A stretch of DNA of 64,000 bases from Chthoniobacteraceae bacterium (GCA_031409335.1 JANNWY010000193.1:32001-96000); one strand, 5' to 3'; counted from the first letter of the stretch, positions 10,194 to 21,906 are shown. A program made the numbers and translations. The notes: a model not told the origin generated them from the sequence alone.

Positions 10194-10595
10194 CTACTTC
10201 GGTTCAGGAACGGGGAGCACTTCCACCATCGGGCTGTCGTCCGCCGGGATCGCTGAAAAATCGCCCTGGATCACTTCGGGTGCGTTTTTCTTTTTGCTCC
10301 AATAGATCGTCGTCAGTTTTCCGTCGGGCTTCTGGCTCACGGTGTAACGTTTGTTCTCGTCGTCTTCGGCGACCATTTGAAACTGACCTGCCCCGGCCGT
10401 GACCATCATGCTGGCAGCCGCGCGGGTCGGATTGTTTGCCGCTTCTTCGATGAATTTTTTCGCCCTCGGACCGACGACCATTGCGAACACGGCGAACGCA
10501 ATGATCCCGAGAACGATCAGGCTGCCACAACCGATGCCAACCCATGCCAGGGGACCGAGACCTTTTTTCTGAGGAGCGGGAGATGATGAATCCAT
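10194..10595 (-). CDS. hypothetical single-TM protein
   Basis: KKGLGPLAWVGIGCG followed by a TM helix. Confidence 0.7.
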   Translation of the reverse strand: MDSSSPAPQKKGLGPLAWVGIGCGSLIVLGIIAFAVFAMVVGPRAKKFIEEAANNPTRAAASMMVTAGAGQFQMVAEDDENKRYTVSQKPDGKLTTIYWSKKKNAPEVIQGDFSAIPADDSPMVEVLPVPEPK

Positions 10596-10680
10596 AGGGG
10601 CGGGACGCTAATCGGATCACATCGCCAACCGCAAGCAGGACCGCTCGCGAATTTCCCGGGCACGGCCGAAGCCGATCGGC

Positions 10681-12183
10681 TCAGCCCTTGGTAAACAGAT
10701 CCATCACCGGCTTCCCGAGCCCGTCCTTGGTCACGTAAAACGGACGCTCTTCGATCAAGTAGGAGAGCTTCGGCGAAACGCCCATCGCGCGATAGATCGA
10801 CGCGTGCAGGTCTTCGATGGAGACGGGATCGACCACCGCCTTGCACGGACGCTCATCCGCGGTGACGCCGTGGACGTGCCCGCGTTTCATGCCGCCACCG
10901 AAGAGCAGCACGCTGCCGGCGTCGATGAAATGCCGGTGCATTCCGTAGTGCAGCGGCAGCTCGATTTTGTCCGGCACACGCGCCTGGTCGCGGGTCTTCG
11001 AGCCTTCGCGGCCCTCGATCATCATGTCCCGCGAAAACTCACTCGCGAGCACCACGAGCGTGCGATCGAGCAGACCACGTTCTTCGAGATCGAGCACGAG
11101 TTGCGCGATCGGCGCGTCGATCATCTTCTTCATGTTCACCAGCCGCGCGTGCCCGTTCTCGTGCGTGTCCCAATTCAGGAATGGAATGTATTCCGTCGTC
11201 ACCTCGACGTAGCGCGCGCCCACTTCCGCGAGCCGCCGCGCGAGCAGACAGCCGAGCCCGAAGCGCCCGATCGTCCCCGCCTCATAGTCACCGTCACGAT
11301 TCTGTTTCGCCGAATTGATCTTCGCCGGATCGAAGCCCGCGGGAACGTATTTCGCCACGTTGTCCTTGGGCTCGAGGGAAAGATCGAACGCCTTCGCCGC
11401 GGGCGAACCGAGCAGACGATGCGCATTGTCCATCGCCCGCACGAAAGACTCGCGCTGATATTCGCTGCCGACTTTCCCCACCGGACTCGCCTCCAGCAGT
11501 CGCTTGTAAAATTTGTTCCGATCCTCAAACCGACCCGGCGTCATTCCCGCAGGCGGGCGCACCGCCGTCGCGGCGTCGTGCGGAAAGGGAATGTTGAACG
11601 GCCCATATTCACTCCCGAGAAATCCCGCGGTCGTGAATGCCTTGAGTTCCTCGGCTTCACCCAGATCGAAGCGCTGCCCGATATTGATAAACGCAGGCAC
11701 CGCCGGATCGCGCGGCCCGAGCGTGCGCGAGAGGAATGCGCCGAGATGTGGCGCGGCCACGGATTGCGGCGGCACGTAGCCCGTGTGCCAGTGATACTGA
11801 TGCCGCGAATGGAGGATGAATCCAAGGTCCGCAGCCTGCGCCGTGCGGATCAGCGACCCGCGATCCATCACGCTCGCGACTTTCTCCAGCCCCTCGGAAA
11901 AGCGCACGCCATCCACCGCCGTCGGGATGCTCGGGAAAGTGGAGAGCACCCCTTTCGGATCCATCCCCTTTTCAAACGGCGCGTACCGTTTCGGATCGAA
12001 CGTCTCCGTGTGCGCCATGCCACCCGCCATCCACAGCACGATCACCGTATCCGCAGTCGGCGCGATTTTTTCCAATTCTCCAGCGGCAAACAATCGCGGT
12101 GCCCGTGCCCCGAGCGCGGCAAGCGTCGCGGCGGATGCGGTTTTGAGGAAGTCACGGCGGGTGTGGGCGGATGGGATGTTCAT
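10681..12183 (-). CDS. DUF1501 domain protein (Tat-exported)
   Basis: TRRDFLK Tat motif; LWMAGGMAHTETFDPK, WDTH, GLLDRTLVVLASEFSR. Confidence 0.92.
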   Translation of the reverse strand: MNIPSAHTRRDFLKTASAATLAALGARAPRLFAAGELEKIAPTADTVIVLWMAGGMAHTETFDPKRYAPFEKGMDPKGVLSTFPSIPTAVDGVRFSEGLEKVASVMDRGSLIRTAQAADLGFILHSRHQYHWHTGYVPPQSVAAPHLGAFLSRTLGPRDPAVPAFINIGQRFDLGEAEELKAFTTAGFLGSEYGPFNIPFPHDAATAVRPPAGMTPGRFEDRNKFYKRLLEASPVGKVGSEYQRESFVRAMDNAHRLLGSPAAKAFDLSLEPKDNVAKYVPAGFDPAKINSAKQNRDGDYEAGTIGRFGLGCLLARRLAEVGARYVEVTTEYIPFLNWDTHENGHARLVNMKKMIDAPIAQLVLDLEERGLLDRTLVVLASEFSRDMMIEGREGSKTRDQARVPDKIELPLHYGMHRHFIDAGSVLLFGGGMKRGHVHGVTADERPCKAVVDPVSIEDLHASIYRAMGVSPKLSYLIEERPFYVTKDGLGKPVMDLFTKG

Positions 12184-12335
12184 CTAAAAGGATAGTTGCG
12201 AGAGAAGATCGCGGAGTGGTGTCCGCGCAAGCGCGACTCGGAAATCACGTGCGCATGGCGGTCTTCATTAGGTCATACGTTACCAGAATCCACCGCCGAC
12301 GGCGAAATTTTATGCCGCGACCGCTTGCTCCCTCG

Positions 12336-13160
12336 CTAAGGGCTTTGCAGCGGTTCGGCATCGTCTTCGTCGTCCACTTCCTCCTCGATCTCCTGCTTCA
12401 TCTTCCGCGAGAGGAACGGGCGCAGGAAGCCGTAGAGCAGATAGGAGACGAAAATGACCGCGGGCATCCACTGGTAATTCATTACCGTCAGGATCAGCAC
12501 GACCACGATCGCGATGAACTTTGGCAGCGAGCGCGTGCTGCGCCAGTTGAGCGATTTGAAGCTCGGGTATTTGAAGCCGCTGAACATCATCCACGCGAGG
12601 AAGAGCAGCAGCGGCGGGAGCACCCATTTTCCGTTGCCGATGTCGCGCCCGCGTTCGTCGAACCACAGCATCGCCAGCGTGAGCGAGGCGATGACTCCGG
12701 CGGCGGCGGGGATGGGGAAGCCTTTGAATTCCTTGTTTGCGGCGACCGAGTTTGCGGCGGCGAGGCAGTTAAAACGGGCGAGGCGGAGCGCGCCGCAGAT
12801 GAGGTAGATCGACGCGATGACCCAGCCGGTGCGAGGAAATTCGTGGAGGATGATGCGATAGACCATGAGCGCCGGGGCGACGCCGAATGAGACCACATCC
12901 GCCAGCGAATCGAACTCGCGTCCGAACGGGCTTTCATTGCCGCCGAGCCGGGCGAGGCGGCCATCCAGCGCGTCGAAAATGCAGGACGCAAGGATGTACC
13001 AGATCGCGTAATGAAATTTGTCCGCCGCGAGATCGGCATCGCTGTTTTGCAGGAGCGCGCCTTCGAGAATCTTCAATATCGCGGCGAAGCCGCAAAAGAG
13101 ATTTCCCGCCGTCATCAGATTCGGCAGGAGGTAGATTTTCGGGGAGCCGGGATCGCTCAT
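12336..13160 (-). CDS. pssA: CDP-diacylglycerol--serine O-phosphatidyltransferase
   Basis: LLPNLMTAGNLFCG, DALDGRLAR, FDSLADVVSFGVAP, LRLARFN, FKGFPIP; adjacent to psd. Confidence 0.92.
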   Translation of the reverse strand: MSDPGSPKIYLLPNLMTAGNLFCGFAAILKILEGALLQNSDADLAADKFHYAIWYILASCIFDALDGRLARLGGNESPFGREFDSLADVVSFGVAPALMVYRIILHEFPRTGWVIASIYLICGALRLARFNCLAAANSVAANKEFKGFPIPAAAGVIASLTLAMLWFDERGRDIGNGKWVLPPLLLFLAWMMFSGFKYPSFKSLNWRSTRSLPKFIAIVVVLILTVMNYQWMPAVIFVSYLLYGFLRPFLSRKMKQEIEEEVDDEDDAEPLQSP

Positions 13161-13164
13161 GGGA

Positions 13165-13809
13165 TCATTTCAGGATCGCGATGGCGGTCGCGCCACCGAG
13201 GACTTTGTCGCCGATCTTCACGGTCACCTCGGCATCGAGCGGGAGATAAATTTCGGTGTATGAGCCGAAGCGAATCATACCGAAGCGGAAGCCCTTTTCG
13301 ACGACATCATTGAGCTTCGACCATGGCACGATGCGCCGGGCGATTTTTCCGGTGATCTGCCGCACGACGAGCGTGGCGTTTGCCCCTTCAAAAGCCCAGG
13401 TGAGCGCTTCGTTGAACTTTGAAACGTCGGGGTGGCGGGCGTCGAGGTATGGGCCGGGATAGGTGCCGGGATAGTGTTTTGTGTAAGTGATTTTGCCCGC
13501 GATCGGCGCTTTGTTCACATGCACATCCACCACGGAAAGGAAGATGCCCACGCGGCGGCATTTCTTTTTCAAGACCTCGGTTTCCTCGACTTCCGCGATC
13601 TCGGCGATGTGTCCGTCCGCCGCGGCGACGACGATGTTTTCACCCGGCGGGATGTCGCGAGTTGGGTCGCGGAAGAAATTGATGCAAAACAGGGTGAGCA
13701 GTGAGGCAAGGACGGTGAGCCAGCGCCAGTGCATAAAAAGGCCCAACGCAAGGAGCACGAAGATGACGGTGAAAATATACCGACCTTCGAAGAGAGTCTG
13801 AAAACGCAT
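13165..13809 (-). CDS. psd: phosphatidylserine decarboxylase
   Basis: FFRDP, AADG, IFLSVVDVHVN, GMIRFGS cleavage motif. Start placed at MRFQTL. Confidence 0.92.
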   Translation of the reverse strand: MRFQTLFEGRYIFTVIFVLLALGLFMHWRWLTVLASLLTLFCINFFRDPTRDIPPGENIVVAAADGHIAEIAEVEETEVLKKKCRRVGIFLSVVDVHVNKAPIAGKITYTKHYPGTYPGPYLDARHPDVSKFNEALTWAFEGANATLVVRQITGKIARRIVPWSKLNDVVEKGFRFGMIRFGSYTEIYLPLDAEVTVKIGDKVLGGATAIAILK

Positions 13810-14017
13810 TCGGCGCACTGTCCGTGGGCGCGGGGAAACGATCAAGCGTGTTCCAAGGAGATTGCCGTGTGGAATCCAGGCATCTACGATCGGGGCGATG
13901 ACATCTGTGACCAATCCGACTTTGCCGGAGTATGAACTGGAGTGATTTACGCAACACTTGGAATAGCCAAATTAAGTGATGAACTGCACTGACTTGACGA
14001 CGCCAACCCCGCTCTAA

Positions 14018-15208
14018 ATGCCCCGCATCCCCATCATCATGCCGCAGCTCGGCGAATCCATCGCCGAGGCCACCGTCGTGCGCATTCCCTTCCAGGTCGG
14101 CGACGCCATCGAGAGCGATCAGGACGTGCTCGAAGTCGAGACGAACAAAGCCACGATGGGCGTCACCCCGCCGTGCGGTGGGCGCATCGCGGAATGGCTC
14201 GTCGAGGTCGGTCAAAGCTATCCCGTGGGCGCGACGCTCGGCTTTCTCGAAGTCAGCGCGGAAGACGCCGCCCGCATCGGCGTGGATGCACCGGCTCCTG
14301 CTGTGGCCGTGGAAAACGGAAAACCTGCCGCGGCGCCGGAGACCTGGCGCTCCAGCGTCGAGCCCACCGTGCGCGGCCTGCCGGTGCCCGCTTCCGCCGC
14401 AGGTGCGAGCTACCTTTCCCCGCGCATGAAGGCGCGCATGAACGAACTCGGGATGCACGCCGCCGACCTCGCGGGCATCCCCGGCAGCGGCGCGGCGGGC
14501 CGCGTGACGATCGACGACTTTGAAAAATTCGTCGCCCGCCTCGACGAACACAAACTCAGCCCCGCCTCCTCCATGCGCGTCGCCGTCGCCGACGCCATGC
14601 GCCGCTCGTGGACACGCCCGCTCGCGACCGTCGGCATGTCCGTCGTCCTCGATCCGATGCTCGCGCACCGCAAAGCCAGCGACCCCAAACCCGGCCCCGC
14701 GCTTTACGCCCTGCGCGCGCTCGCCCTCGCCCTCGCGGAAAACAGCGCCCCCGCCGGCCGCCTCATCGGCGACAAAATCGTGCATCCCAAAGCGATCGAC
14801 ATCGGCTTCGCCGTGGAAGCCGCCGACGGCGTGCTCGTCCCCGTCCTCCGCTCTGCGGAACGCACCACGCTTTCCGAAATGGTCGTGCGCTACAACGAAC
14901 TCGTCGAACTCGCCCGCCAGCGCCGGCTGCCCGCGACCGCGCAGGGCGGCTCGATCGCGACCGTGACGAACTTCGGCACCTTCGGCCTCGAATGGGCCAC
15001 GCCGATTCCGCTGCCCGAACAAACGATGGTGCTCGGTCTTGGGGCAGGCCGCGTTGTGCCGAGTTGGGATAAGGCGAAGCAGCAATTCCTGCCCGTCACC
15101 GAAGCGTATCTCACGCTCAGCTTCGACCACCGCGTCCTCGATGGCGGTGGCGCGGGCCGGTTGCTTCAGCGCATCTCCGCGCTGCTGCAAACGCCCGAGA
15201 CGCTGTAG
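14018..15208 (+). CDS. 2-oxoacid dehydrogenase E2 dihydrolipoamide acyltransferase
   Basis: Lipoyl domain (MPQLGES, VETNKA), E3-binding GSGAAGRVT, catalytic SFDHRVLDG. Confidence 0.9.
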   Translation: MPRIPIIMPQLGESIAEATVVRIPFQVGDAIESDQDVLEVETNKATMGVTPPCGGRIAEWLVEVGQSYPVGATLGFLEVSAEDAARIGVDAPAPAVAVENGKPAAAPETWRSSVEPTVRGLPVPASAAGASYLSPRMKARMNELGMHAADLAGIPGSGAAGRVTIDDFEKFVARLDEHKLSPASSMRVAVADAMRRSWTRPLATVGMSVVLDPMLAHRKASDPKPGPALYALRALALALAENSAPAGRLIGDKIVHPKAIDIGFAVEAADGVLVPVLRSAERTTLSEMVVRYNELVELARQRRLPATAQGGSIATVTNFGTFGLEWATPIPLPEQTMVLGLGAGRVVPSWDKAKQQFLPVTEAYLTLSFDHRVLDGGGAGRLLQRISALLQTPETL

Positions 15209-15219
15209 CGCAGCGCCTC

Positions 15220-15352
15220 GGAACCCGGGTAGCACGCTCGTCCCGCCGAAACGAACTTTCATCACGCATCGCTGGTAAAACTGTGAACGAGTTCCGTGAC
15301 GATGCGTCAGGAAAGTCCGTCGAGGCGGGACGAGCGCGCTTCCCGGAGTTCC
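15220..15352. repeat. REP-like long palindrome, family CGTCCCGCCGAAACGAACTTT (copy A, overlaps the efflux gene 3' end)
   Basis: Arms share CGTCCCGCCGAAACGAACTTT and GAAAGTCCGTCGAGGCGGGACG with 48602-48766. Confidence 0.8.
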
Positions 15353-18300
15353 CGTTCGCGCAGCCATGCGAAAATGACCGGCGTCACAATGAGAATATGA
15401 AGGAGACTTGAAACCATCCCGCCGATCACGGGCGCGGCGAGCGGCTTCATCACCTCCGAGCCGACGCGTGTGCTCCACATGATCGGGAGCAGGCTGGCGA
15501 CGATCGTCGCCACGGTCATTACTTTTGGGCGAAGGCGAAGACGTGCGCCTTCCTTGATCGCGTCGAGTAAATCGGCGCGCGAAAAATTTTCGCCGCGCTC
15601 GCTGCGTTTGCGCGCGAGGGCTTCCTCGAGATACACGACCATTACCACTCCCGTCTGAATCGCCGTGCCGAAGAGCGCGATGTAGCCGAACCACACGGCG
15701 ACGCTGAAATTGTAGCCGAGCAGGTATTGCAAGAACACGCCGCCGGTCAGCGCGAAGGGCACGGCGAGGATGACGTGCGCGGCTTCCTTCACGCTGCCAT
15801 AGACGAGGTAGAGCAGCAGGAAAATGATCGCGAGCACGGCAGGCACGATGAGTTGCAGCGTGCGCTTGGCGCGGATTTGGTTTTCGTACTGGCCGCTCCA
15901 TTCGATCGTCATGCCGTCGGGAAGTTTGACGTCGCGCGCGATTCGCTGGCGCGCTTCATCCACAAAGCCGCCGAGGTCGCGGCCCTGCACGTTCGCCTGC
16001 ACGAAGACCCGCAGCCGCCCGTTCTCGCTGGCGATTTCGCTCGGGCCGGTGTTGCGCGAAATCGAGGCAAGCTGGCCGAGCGGGATTTGTTTCCCCGCGG
16101 GCGTCGCCACGAGCACGTCACCGAGGCGTTCGATGTCGTCGCGCTCGTCGCGCGCGACCCGGACTTGGATGGGAAAACGCTGCCGTCCCTCAATGGTCGT
16201 CGTCACATTTTTTCCGCCGAGTCCCGCTTCTACCACATCGAGAATCTGCTGCGCGCGCAGGCCGTAGCGCGCGGCGGATTCGCGGTTCACCGCGATTTCG
16301 AGATACGGCTTTCCCTGCACCCGTGAAGGCGCGACGCCGACCGCGCCGGGGATTTCGCGCACGATTTTTTCGATCTCGAACGCCTTCGCCTGCAACGCAT
16401 CGAGATTCGCACCGAGCACCTTGATGCCGACCTGTGCGCGGATCCCGGTCGAGAGCATGAGGATGCGATTTTCGATCGGCTGGAGAAAGCCGGGCACGTA
16501 GCCGGGGACTTGCGTGAGCTTTTGCGTCAGCTCGGCGATGAGCGCGCCCTTCGTCATGCCCGCGCGCCATTCGTGCTCCGGTTTGAGCATGATCGTCGTC
16601 TCGATCATCTCGACCGGCGCGGGATCGGTGGGCGATTCCGCGCGTCCGAGTTTGCCCGCTGCGGAGAGCACTTCCGGCGTTTGGGAAATGGCGGTGTCCT
16701 GCCACGACATGATGCGTTTCACCTCGGTGAGGCTGGTGCTCGGCAGCAGCACGGGCATAAAAAGCAGCGAGCCTTCGTTGAGCGGCGGCATGAATTCCCG
16801 GCCCATGCGTGGGATGAGCGCGAGCGCGCCGACGAGCATGAGCGCGGCGCAGGCGAGGACGGATTTGCGATGCGTGAGCGCCCAGTCGAGCGTGGGATTG
16901 TAAATCGCGAGCAGCCCGCGCATGACCCAGTTTTTTTCCTCGGAATGGAACGGGCCTTTGACCAGCAGCACGCAGAGCACGGGGACGATGGTGACCGCGA
17001 GCAGCGTGGAGCCGATCATCGCGAAGGTCTTCGTGAAGGCGAGGGGATGAAACAGTTTCCCTTCCTGGCCGGTGAGCGCGAACACTGGCACGAACGCGAG
17101 AATGATGATCGCCATCGCGAAGAAGATCGGGCGGCCGACTTGCTTCGATGCGGCGAGGACCACATCGAATGTTTCACCACGGGTCAGCGCCGCGCCCTTT
17201 TTCCCCTCCGCCTCCTCGCAATGCCGGATCACATTTTCCGTCATCACGATCGCGGCATCGACGAGCACGCCAATGGCGATCGCGATGCCGCTCAGCGACA
17301 TGATGTTCGACGTGATGCCGAACTGCCGCATGAGGATGAACGAGATGAGAATCGAGACCGGCAGCGGAAACGTGACGATGAGGATGCTGCGGAAATGGAA
17401 CAGGAAAACGATGTGCGCGAGCGTGACGAGGATGATCTCCTCGGTAAGCGCGTGCTTGAGCGTGGCAATGGTGCGGTCGATCAATTCGCTGCGGTCGTAG
17501 AACGATTTGATCGTGACACCCGGCGGCAGGCTCGGCGCGATTTGCGCGATTTTTTCCTTAATGCGAGCGATCACTTCGCGCGCGTTTTCACCGGTGCGCA
17601 TCACCACGATGCCACCGACGACTTCGCGCCCGTTCACATCCAGCGCGCCGCGGCGGAAGTCGCCGCCGATCTGCACGGTGGCGACATCGCGCAGGTAAAT
17701 CGGCGTGCCTTCGCGCTCGGCGAGCACGGTCTTTTCGAGATCGGCGGTGGACTGAATGAGGCCGATCCCGCGCACCACGAATTCCATGCCGTTTTCCTCG
17801 ATCACCTTGCCGCCGACGTTGAGGTTGCTCTGACCCACGGCTTCCATCACTTCCTGCAGCGACACTTTGGCCGCGCGCATTTTCATCGAAGAGACCTCAA
17901 TCTGATACTGCCGCACGAACCCCCCGACACTCGCGACCTCCGCGACGCCGGGCACCGCATTCAGTTGATAACGCACAAACCAATCCTGCACCGCGCGCAG
18001 TTCGCCGAGGTCGTGGCCCTGCTTCGCATCATCCACATCGAGGTAATACTGGAAGACCCATCCGAGCCCGGTCGCGTCCGGGCCGAGCTTCGCGGTGACG
18101 CCGGCGGGCAGGATGTCGCCGAGATAATTCAGTCGCTCGAGCACGCGCGTGCGGGCGAAGTAGTTGTCGATCTTGTCGTCGAAAATAATCGTGAGCAGCG
18201 AGAAGCCAAACATCGAATTCGCGCGCACCGTTTTCACTCCGGCGAGGCCCTGGAGATTTACGGAAAGCGGATACGTGATCTGATCCTCGACCTCCTGCGG

Positions 18301-18471
18301 ACTGCGCCCCGCCCAGTCGGCGAAGACGATGACTTGGTTTTCGCTGAGGTCGGGGATGGCGTCGATCGGCGTGCGGCGCAGCTCGAAGATGCCGAGCGCA
18401 ATGATGAAGAGCGTGGCGCACGCGACGAGGAAACGGTTTCGCAGCGACCACTCGATGAGGCGCGGGATCAT
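15307..18471 (-). CDS. cusA: CusA/CzcA family heavy-metal RND efflux permease
   Basis: [60 protein letters not shown] overlap with the upstream adaptor. Confidence 0.92.
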   Translation of the reverse strand: MIPRLIEWSLRNRFLVACATLFIIALGIFELRRTPIDAIPDLSENQVIVFADWAGRSPQEVEDQITYPLSVNLQGLAGVKTVRANSMFGFSLLTIIFDDKIDNYFARTRVLERLNYLGDILPAGVTAKLGPDATGLGWVFQYYLDVDDAKQGHDLGELRAVQDWFVRYQLNAVPGVAEVASVGGFVRQYQIEVSSMKMRAAKVSLQEVMEAVGQSNLNVGGKVIEENGMEFVVRGIGLIQSTADLEKTVLAEREGTPIYLRDVATVQIGGDFRRGALDVNGREVVGGIVVMRTGENAREVIARIKEKIAQIAPSLPPGVTIKSFYDRSELIDRTIATLKHALTEEIILVTLAHIVFLFHFRSILIVTFPLPVSILISFILMRQFGITSNIMSLSGIAIAIGVLVDAAIVMTENVIRHCEEAEGKKGAALTRGETFDVVLAASKQVGRPIFFAMAIIILAFVPVFALTGQEGKLFHPLAFTKTFAMIGSTLLAVTIVPVLCVLLVKGPFHSEEKNWVMRGLLAIYNPTLDWALTHRKSVLACAALMLVGALALIPRMGREFMPPLNEGSLLFMPVLLPSTSLTEVKRIMSWQDTAISQTPEVLSAAGKLGRAESPTDPAPVEMIETTIMLKPEHEWRAGMTKGALIAELTQKLTQVPGYVPGFLQPIENRILMLSTGIRAQVGIKVLGANLDALQAKAFEIEKIVREIPGAVGVAPSRVQGKPYLEIAVNRESAARYGLRAQQILDVVEAGLGGKNVTTTIEGRQRFPIQVRVARDERDDIERLGDVLVATPAGKQIPLGQLASISRNTGPSEIASENGRLRVFVQANVQGRDLGGFVDEARQRIARDVKLPDGMTIEWSGQYENQIRAKRTLQLIVPAVLAIIFLLLYLVYGSVKEAAHVILAVPFALTGGVFLQYLLGYNFSVAVWFGYIALFGTAIQTGVVMVVYLEEALARKRSERGENFSRADLLDAIKEGARLRLRPKVMTVATIVASLLPIMWSTRVGSEVMKPLAAPVIGGMVSSLLHILIVTPVIFAWLRERELREARSSRLDGLS

Positions 18472-20159
18472 GGCTTCACCTCGCCGCCGCATTCGAGCAT
18501 TTCGCGGCCAAAGTACGGATTGCGGATGGGCGCGGAGAGTTGCATCCATGCGGCTTTGGCGGGCGCGCCGGGGAAGGAGTCGGCGGTCATCGGGCAGCGG
18601 TAGATTTTCACCGTGGCGAATGCCGGATCGCGCGCGCGCAACTGCGCGACCCACGGGACCAGCGCATCGCCGAGCGGCTGGAATGCCTTGCGCGCCATCG
18701 GCAGGTCGGGCGCTTCCCGCAGGTCGAGAGTGCTCGCGACTGCCGGCACTTCGTCGCCGAAAACGGCGGTGAGCCGCGCGCGATTCTCCGCCGCAGTCTT
18801 CGCGAGTTGATTGAAACCGGCGAGGTCATCCGCGGCGAGCCGTTGCGCCAGCGCGTCGGCGAAAACGAAAAATTCCCGCACGGCTTCGCGCTGCGTGTCG
18901 GTGAGATCGGATGTCATTGTCCGCGCGGGCGCCACGGATTCCCCACCCCGATTGAGCTGCGCCTGCGCATCGATCAGCAGGTTGCCATTGGTCACGACGT
19001 TCTCGCCTTCCGCCAAGCCGCTCGCGACCTCGTAAAAGTCGTCACCCACACGCCCGAGCTTCACTTCGCGCGGTTCGTACACACCCTCCGCTTTCACCAC
19101 ATACACTAGCGGATTCGCGCCGGTAGCGAGGACCGCGGATCGTGGCACGGTCAGCGTTTCCGGCGTTTCGACGCGGATCACGCCGTTGGCGTAAACGCGA
19201 TGCAGCAGCTCGTGACGATGCCTCGCGGGGTCGCCGACGTGCGGGTTGTCGATGACCACGCGGATGCGCGCGGTGCGCGTGTCCATCATCACGTTCGGAT
19301 CGATGAATTCGATCGGCGCGGTGTAGGTTTTTCCTGGCACGGTGGGCGTCGAAATCTCGACCGTCTGGCCGATCTTGATCCACGCGAGATCGCGCTCGTA
19401 CACGTCACCGACGAACCACATTTTCGCGAAGTCCGCGATCTCGAAGAGCACGTCGCCCTCCTTCACATACTGGCCTTCATAGACCTTGCGCTCGACGACG
19501 GTGCCCGACTTGGGCGCGAGCAATTCGATGTTGTCGCCGGTTTGCTCGGGGAGCTTCTCGATCTGCGCGAGCGTGAGGCCCATGCGGCGCAGTTTTTGGC
19601 GGCTGCCAGCGAGGCCGGCTTCGCGTTCGGGTGAGGGCGGCTGCTTCAGCGCGAGCAGGTATTCCCCGCGGGCGACGATCAGTTCGCGGCTGAAAAAGGA
19701 GACGAGCGGCTGGCCCTCGGTCACTTCCGCGCCGACGGAAGGCACGAACAGTTTTTCGATGCGGCCCTCGACCGTGGCAGACAGTCGGCGATGCGCGGAA
19801 TCGTCGTCGTCGATCTGTCCAGCGACGTGCAGCGAACGGCGCAACGGCTCGCGCTTCACGGGCGCGGTCGCGACGTGGAGCACGTTGATGCTTTGCGCGC
19901 TGAGCGTGACGAGATTTCCGGCAGCGGGCTCCGCCGCCGCACCTTCGTACACCGGCACGAGTTTCATGCCGCAGATGGTGCAGTCGCCCGGTTTGTCGGA
20001 TTTTATCCACGGGTGCATCGGGCTTTGGTAAAATAGGACACGCCGCTCGGCAGAGGGCGTGGAATCAGGCTTTGCGGGCAGTGTGCGCGCGGCGATCCAG
20101 CCGGCGGTGGCGGCGGCGGCGACGAGGAGAATGGTGCGGATGGAGTTTGGAAAAGACAT
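18468..20159 (-). CDS. cusB: CusB-type RND periplasmic adaptor with N-terminal heavy-metal-binding domain and C-terminal DUF3347-like domain
   Basis: YQSPMHP...[14 protein letters not shown]-terminal YRCPM...WMQ...[14 protein letters not shown]. Confidence 0.88.
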   Translation of the reverse strand: MSFPNSIRTILLVAAAATAGWIAARTLPAKPDSTPSAERRVLFYQSPMHPWIKSDKPGDCTICGMKLVPVYEGAAAEPAAGNLVTLSAQSINVLHVATAPVKREPLRRSLHVAGQIDDDDSAHRRLSATVEGRIEKLFVPSVGAEVTEGQPLVSFFSRELIVARGEYLLALKQPPSPEREAGLAGSRQKLRRMGLTLAQIEKLPEQTGDNIELLAPKSGTVVERKVYEGQYVKEGDVLFEIADFAKMWFVGDVYERDLAWIKIGQTVEISTPTVPGKTYTAPIEFIDPNVMMDTRTARIRVVIDNPHVGDPARHRHELLHRVYANGVIRVETPETLTVPRSAVLATGANPLVYVVKAEGVYEPREVKLGRVGDDFYEVASGLAEGENVVTNGNLLIDAQAQLNRGGESVAPARTMTSDLTDTQREAVREFFVFADALAQRLAADDLAGFNQLAKTAAENRARLTAVFGDEVPAVASTLDLREAPDLPMARKAFQPLGDALVPWVAQLRARDPAFATVKIYRCPMTADSFPGAPAKAAWMQLSAPIRNPYFGREMLECGGEVKP

Positions 20160-20251
20160 GGCATTGGAGAGTTGAAGTGGAGCCGCGTTCCGATGGAGCG
20201 CGGCATGTTTGTGTGCCCGGACGCGGGCACACCACGGGCGTCAAGCCCCTC

Positions 20252-20581
20252 TCAAATGAGCCGGATGCAGGTCACGTCCAGGCGAGGCTGGACGGGCAGA
20301 CGCGCGCGCGTGCGCTGCTGCGTGGACGCTGGCGGAACGACGAATTTCGGCTGCGCACCGAGGCAGACGAGGACGGGGACGACGGCTTGTTTCAAGTCCA
20401 CCGAGCCGGTCGCTGCTGGCGGTGTTTCATCGGTTGGGGCGTTTCCTTTCGCGCAGCAATCCGCGGAGGGATCGGCGCAGCAGTGGCCGCACTCCGTTTC
20501 CCCGCAAGCGGGCGCGCAGCAGACCGGGCCGGTGGCAAGACCGGAGCAGAGCAGAAGCAGCAGGAGCAGGCGGAGAAACAT
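20252..20581 (-). CDS. small secreted Cys-rich protein upstream of the Cus genes
   Basis: Signal-like LLLLLL; VCCAPACGETECGHCCADPSADCC. Confidence 0.6.
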   Translation of the reverse strand: MFLRLLLLLLLCSGLATGPVCCAPACGETECGHCCADPSADCCAKGNAPTDETPPAATGSVDLKQAVVPVLVCLGAQPKFVVPPASTQQRTRARLPVQPRLDVTCIRLI

Positions 20582-20640
20582 CGGTGTAAAAGATTTCAGC
20601 AAAGACCAAGCTGGGTCAATGGGCGTTCAAAGGTGCTTTC

Positions 20641-20750
20641 GCGCTAAGCGCTCTCGGACTGCGGCGATTCCTTCGCCGCCTTTTTTCCGTTGCGCGGACG
20701 TTATCCCGAAAGCGGCAAAGGAATTGCCGCAGTCCAAGGGCGCTTAGCGC
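20641..20750. repeat. REP-like double-hairpin palindrome, family GGACTGCGG...CCGCAGTCC (copy A)
   Basis: GCGCTAAGCGC..GGACTGCGGCGATTCCTTCGCCGC ... GCGGCAAAGGAATTGCCGCAGTCC..GCGCTTAGCGC; homologous to 60709-60819. Confidence 0.8.
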
Positions 20751-20943
20751 GGCTCCGTCTCGCGCGTCCACTCGGTCCGCTGTTTTAGGAGGTAAAGCAT
20801 CTCACTGGCCATAGTCATCCACCCAGACTGCCGCGGGATCGCGACAACCGATGCGGCGGATATCGCGTTGCGGAAGGAAAATTGCAGCCGTTCGTAGTCG
20901 GCGGAATTCGACTATCGCGGAGAACCGATTCCCAAAGACTAGG

Positions 20944-20993
20944 GATGGTGCGCGGTACAGGGTTCGAACCTGTGACCCCTACCGTGTCAAGGT
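20944..20993 (-). repeat. att site: duplicated 3' half of tRNA-Val(GAC)
   Basis: GATGGTGCGCGGTACAGGGTTCGAACCTGTGACCCCTACCGTGTCAAGGT, identical to 29338-29387. Confidence 0.97.
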
Positions 20994-20999
20994 GAGGGG

Positions 21000-21905
21000 T
21001 TACACTGTAGCCGCGTCTTCGTTGCCGTTTCGTTGCCGTTTTTCCCGCGCCCACTTCCGCTTCCGGGAGCGAATTGGCGGCTTCGATTCTGCCGATACGG
21101 CCTTCGCGCCGACGATCGCGGAAACACGGCCCTCGTTCTCAATCGGGATGTGAAAGCGAGTCCCGGCAACGTCCACTGTCAGCTCGCGCCTCCACACAAC
21201 CGCCGATGTGGCGAACCCGCGCGCTTGTTCCTCGCCCTGCTTGAGCGTGATGACACCGCAAAGGGGATTCCAAAGCCGATAATGCAATTGCGTGGCCGTG
21301 GCCGATTCATCGTCGCTCCATGCGGGATTGTCTTTCGCCGCAAACGCCGCATTGCCGCGCATCCCGGCCCGCAGCGCTCCCATCACAACGTCGGACGTTT
21401 TAGTTTGTGCCGTGGCATTGCGCAGTAGCGCCGCCGTCGTCTCCTCAATCCCGAACTCGGCGCGCATCTCCTCGATCCATTGCGAGAGGACGCACACGAA
21501 CGCCCTCAGCTTCGCAGGAGTCTTTTTCGTTTCTGAGCTATTCTCTCGGGACGCCCTGAGCATGAAGATGATCGCATCGGAGGCGCGTTTCTCGATGTGC
21601 TCGAATTCCCCATCGCTGTATTCCATCGCCTGCCACGCCTCCCACGTCTCCGACGTGTAGGGCTCGCCATTAAGTGCAACTGGCACGCCATCGGGCTTGA
21701 GTAGTGAGGCCGGGTCAACGCCAGTAAATGCCGCGATGCGGTTTGCCAGCTCTGCCGACATCAGTGACAGATACCCTCTGCTTTCGATGCTTTGGACTGT
21801 AGGACATGAGCATCCAACCAGAGCGGCGAACCCTTGCTGCGTTAGTCCCGTGGCCTTACGCAAGGCTTTGAAGGCTAGCTTTAGATGGGGATTGGTCACA
21901 GGCAT
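21000..21905 (-). CDS. XRE-family HTH repressor with extended C-terminal domain
   Basis: LRKATGLTQQGFAALVGCSCPTVQSIES HTH; divergent from the excisionase-like gene. Confidence 0.8.
   Translation of the reverse strand: MPVTNPHLKLAFKALRKATGLTQQGFAALVGCSCPTVQSIESRGYLSLMSAELANRIAAFTGVDPASLLKPDGVPVALNGEPYTSETWEAWQAMEYSDGEFEHIEKRASDAIIFMLRASRENSSETKKTPAKLRAFVCVLSQWIEEMRAEFGIEETTAALLRNATAQTKTSDVVMGALRAGMRGNAAFAAKDNPAWSDDESATATQLHYRLWNPLCGVITLKQGEEQARGFATSAVVWRRELTVDVAGTRFHIPIENEGRVSAIVGAKAVSAESKPPIRSRKRKWAREKRQRNGNEDAATV
21020..21041 (+). promoter_or_regulatory. putative integrase arm-type sites (left end)
   Basis: CGTTGCCGTTT x2 tandem next to the att core; matching pair at 29205-29224. Confidence 0.65.
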
Positions 21906-21906
21906 G

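Noticed and set aside
13640..15901. 753-aa minus-strand ORF
   Set aside because: Shadow of the E2 gene, with no motifs.
16510..18603. 697-aa plus-strand ORF
   Set aside because: Antisense shadow of cusA, typical of high-GC DNA.
20944..20993. Third tRNA-Val gene
   Set aside because: Only the anticodon loop to CCA is present, with no D-arm or 5' acceptor strand. It is the att duplication.
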